From contig CAVSPA010000004.1 of NCBI GenBank assembly GCA_963729715.1, forward strand, positions 448,001 through 512,000: DNA of 64,000 bases, given 5' to 3'. The notes beneath the pieces are model-generated. The model ran no database searches and was not told the origin of the DNA. It worked only from the letters and a program-made list of their open reading frames with translations. Positions 63,942 to 64,000 of this stretch are shown here, piece by piece (the first letter of the stretch is position 1; each line of letters begins with the position of its first letter). The position numbers and the translations under genes were made by a program. Source of the stretch: an uncultured delta proteobacterium. GTDB lineage: Bacteria > Desulfobacterota > Syntrophia > Syntrophales > UBA2185.

Positions 63942-64000
63942 GCCTGACCTTCGTCACACTGATAAAGAAACGCAGCAGATTTCGACTGTGGATGGATTTC

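Overview
Mostly core bacterial chromosome. Gene content and order suggest a Desulfobacterota (deltaproteobacterial), Syntrophales-like organism; this is an inference. About 4.2-61.3 kb holds housekeeping genes: tRNA-Pro, rdgB, rph, amidase, rel, proS, ispG, aspC, coaD, rsmD, asd, pssA, psd, tsaB, rseP-dxr-cdsA-uppS-frr-pyrH-tsf-rpsB, argJ, secA, an EF-G paralogue, ligA, adk, nfeD/slipin, udg, coaBC, rapZ-hprK-ptsN-hpf-rpoN-lptBAC-kdsC-kdsA and xerD. A PAS hybrid kinase follows. The first ~4.2 kb is an accessory region next to the 3' end of tRNA-Pro(TGG). It contains: an integrase pseudogene; two RHH-gene modules, each preceded by a copy of the same ~95-bp repeat; a RelE/YafQ-like toxin with an unusual CxxC..CxxC insertion; two small palindromic IS200/IS605-like non-autonomous elements (one has a ~93% identical copy at 61.3 kb); and the 5' end of a secreted protein with 18-aa tandem repeats that the ORF track misses. 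An uncharacterised divergent gene pair at 39.6-43.1 kb (acidic FGE-fold protein and zinc-ribbon protein) is also notable. All calls come from reading the sequence and recognising motifs; no searches were run.
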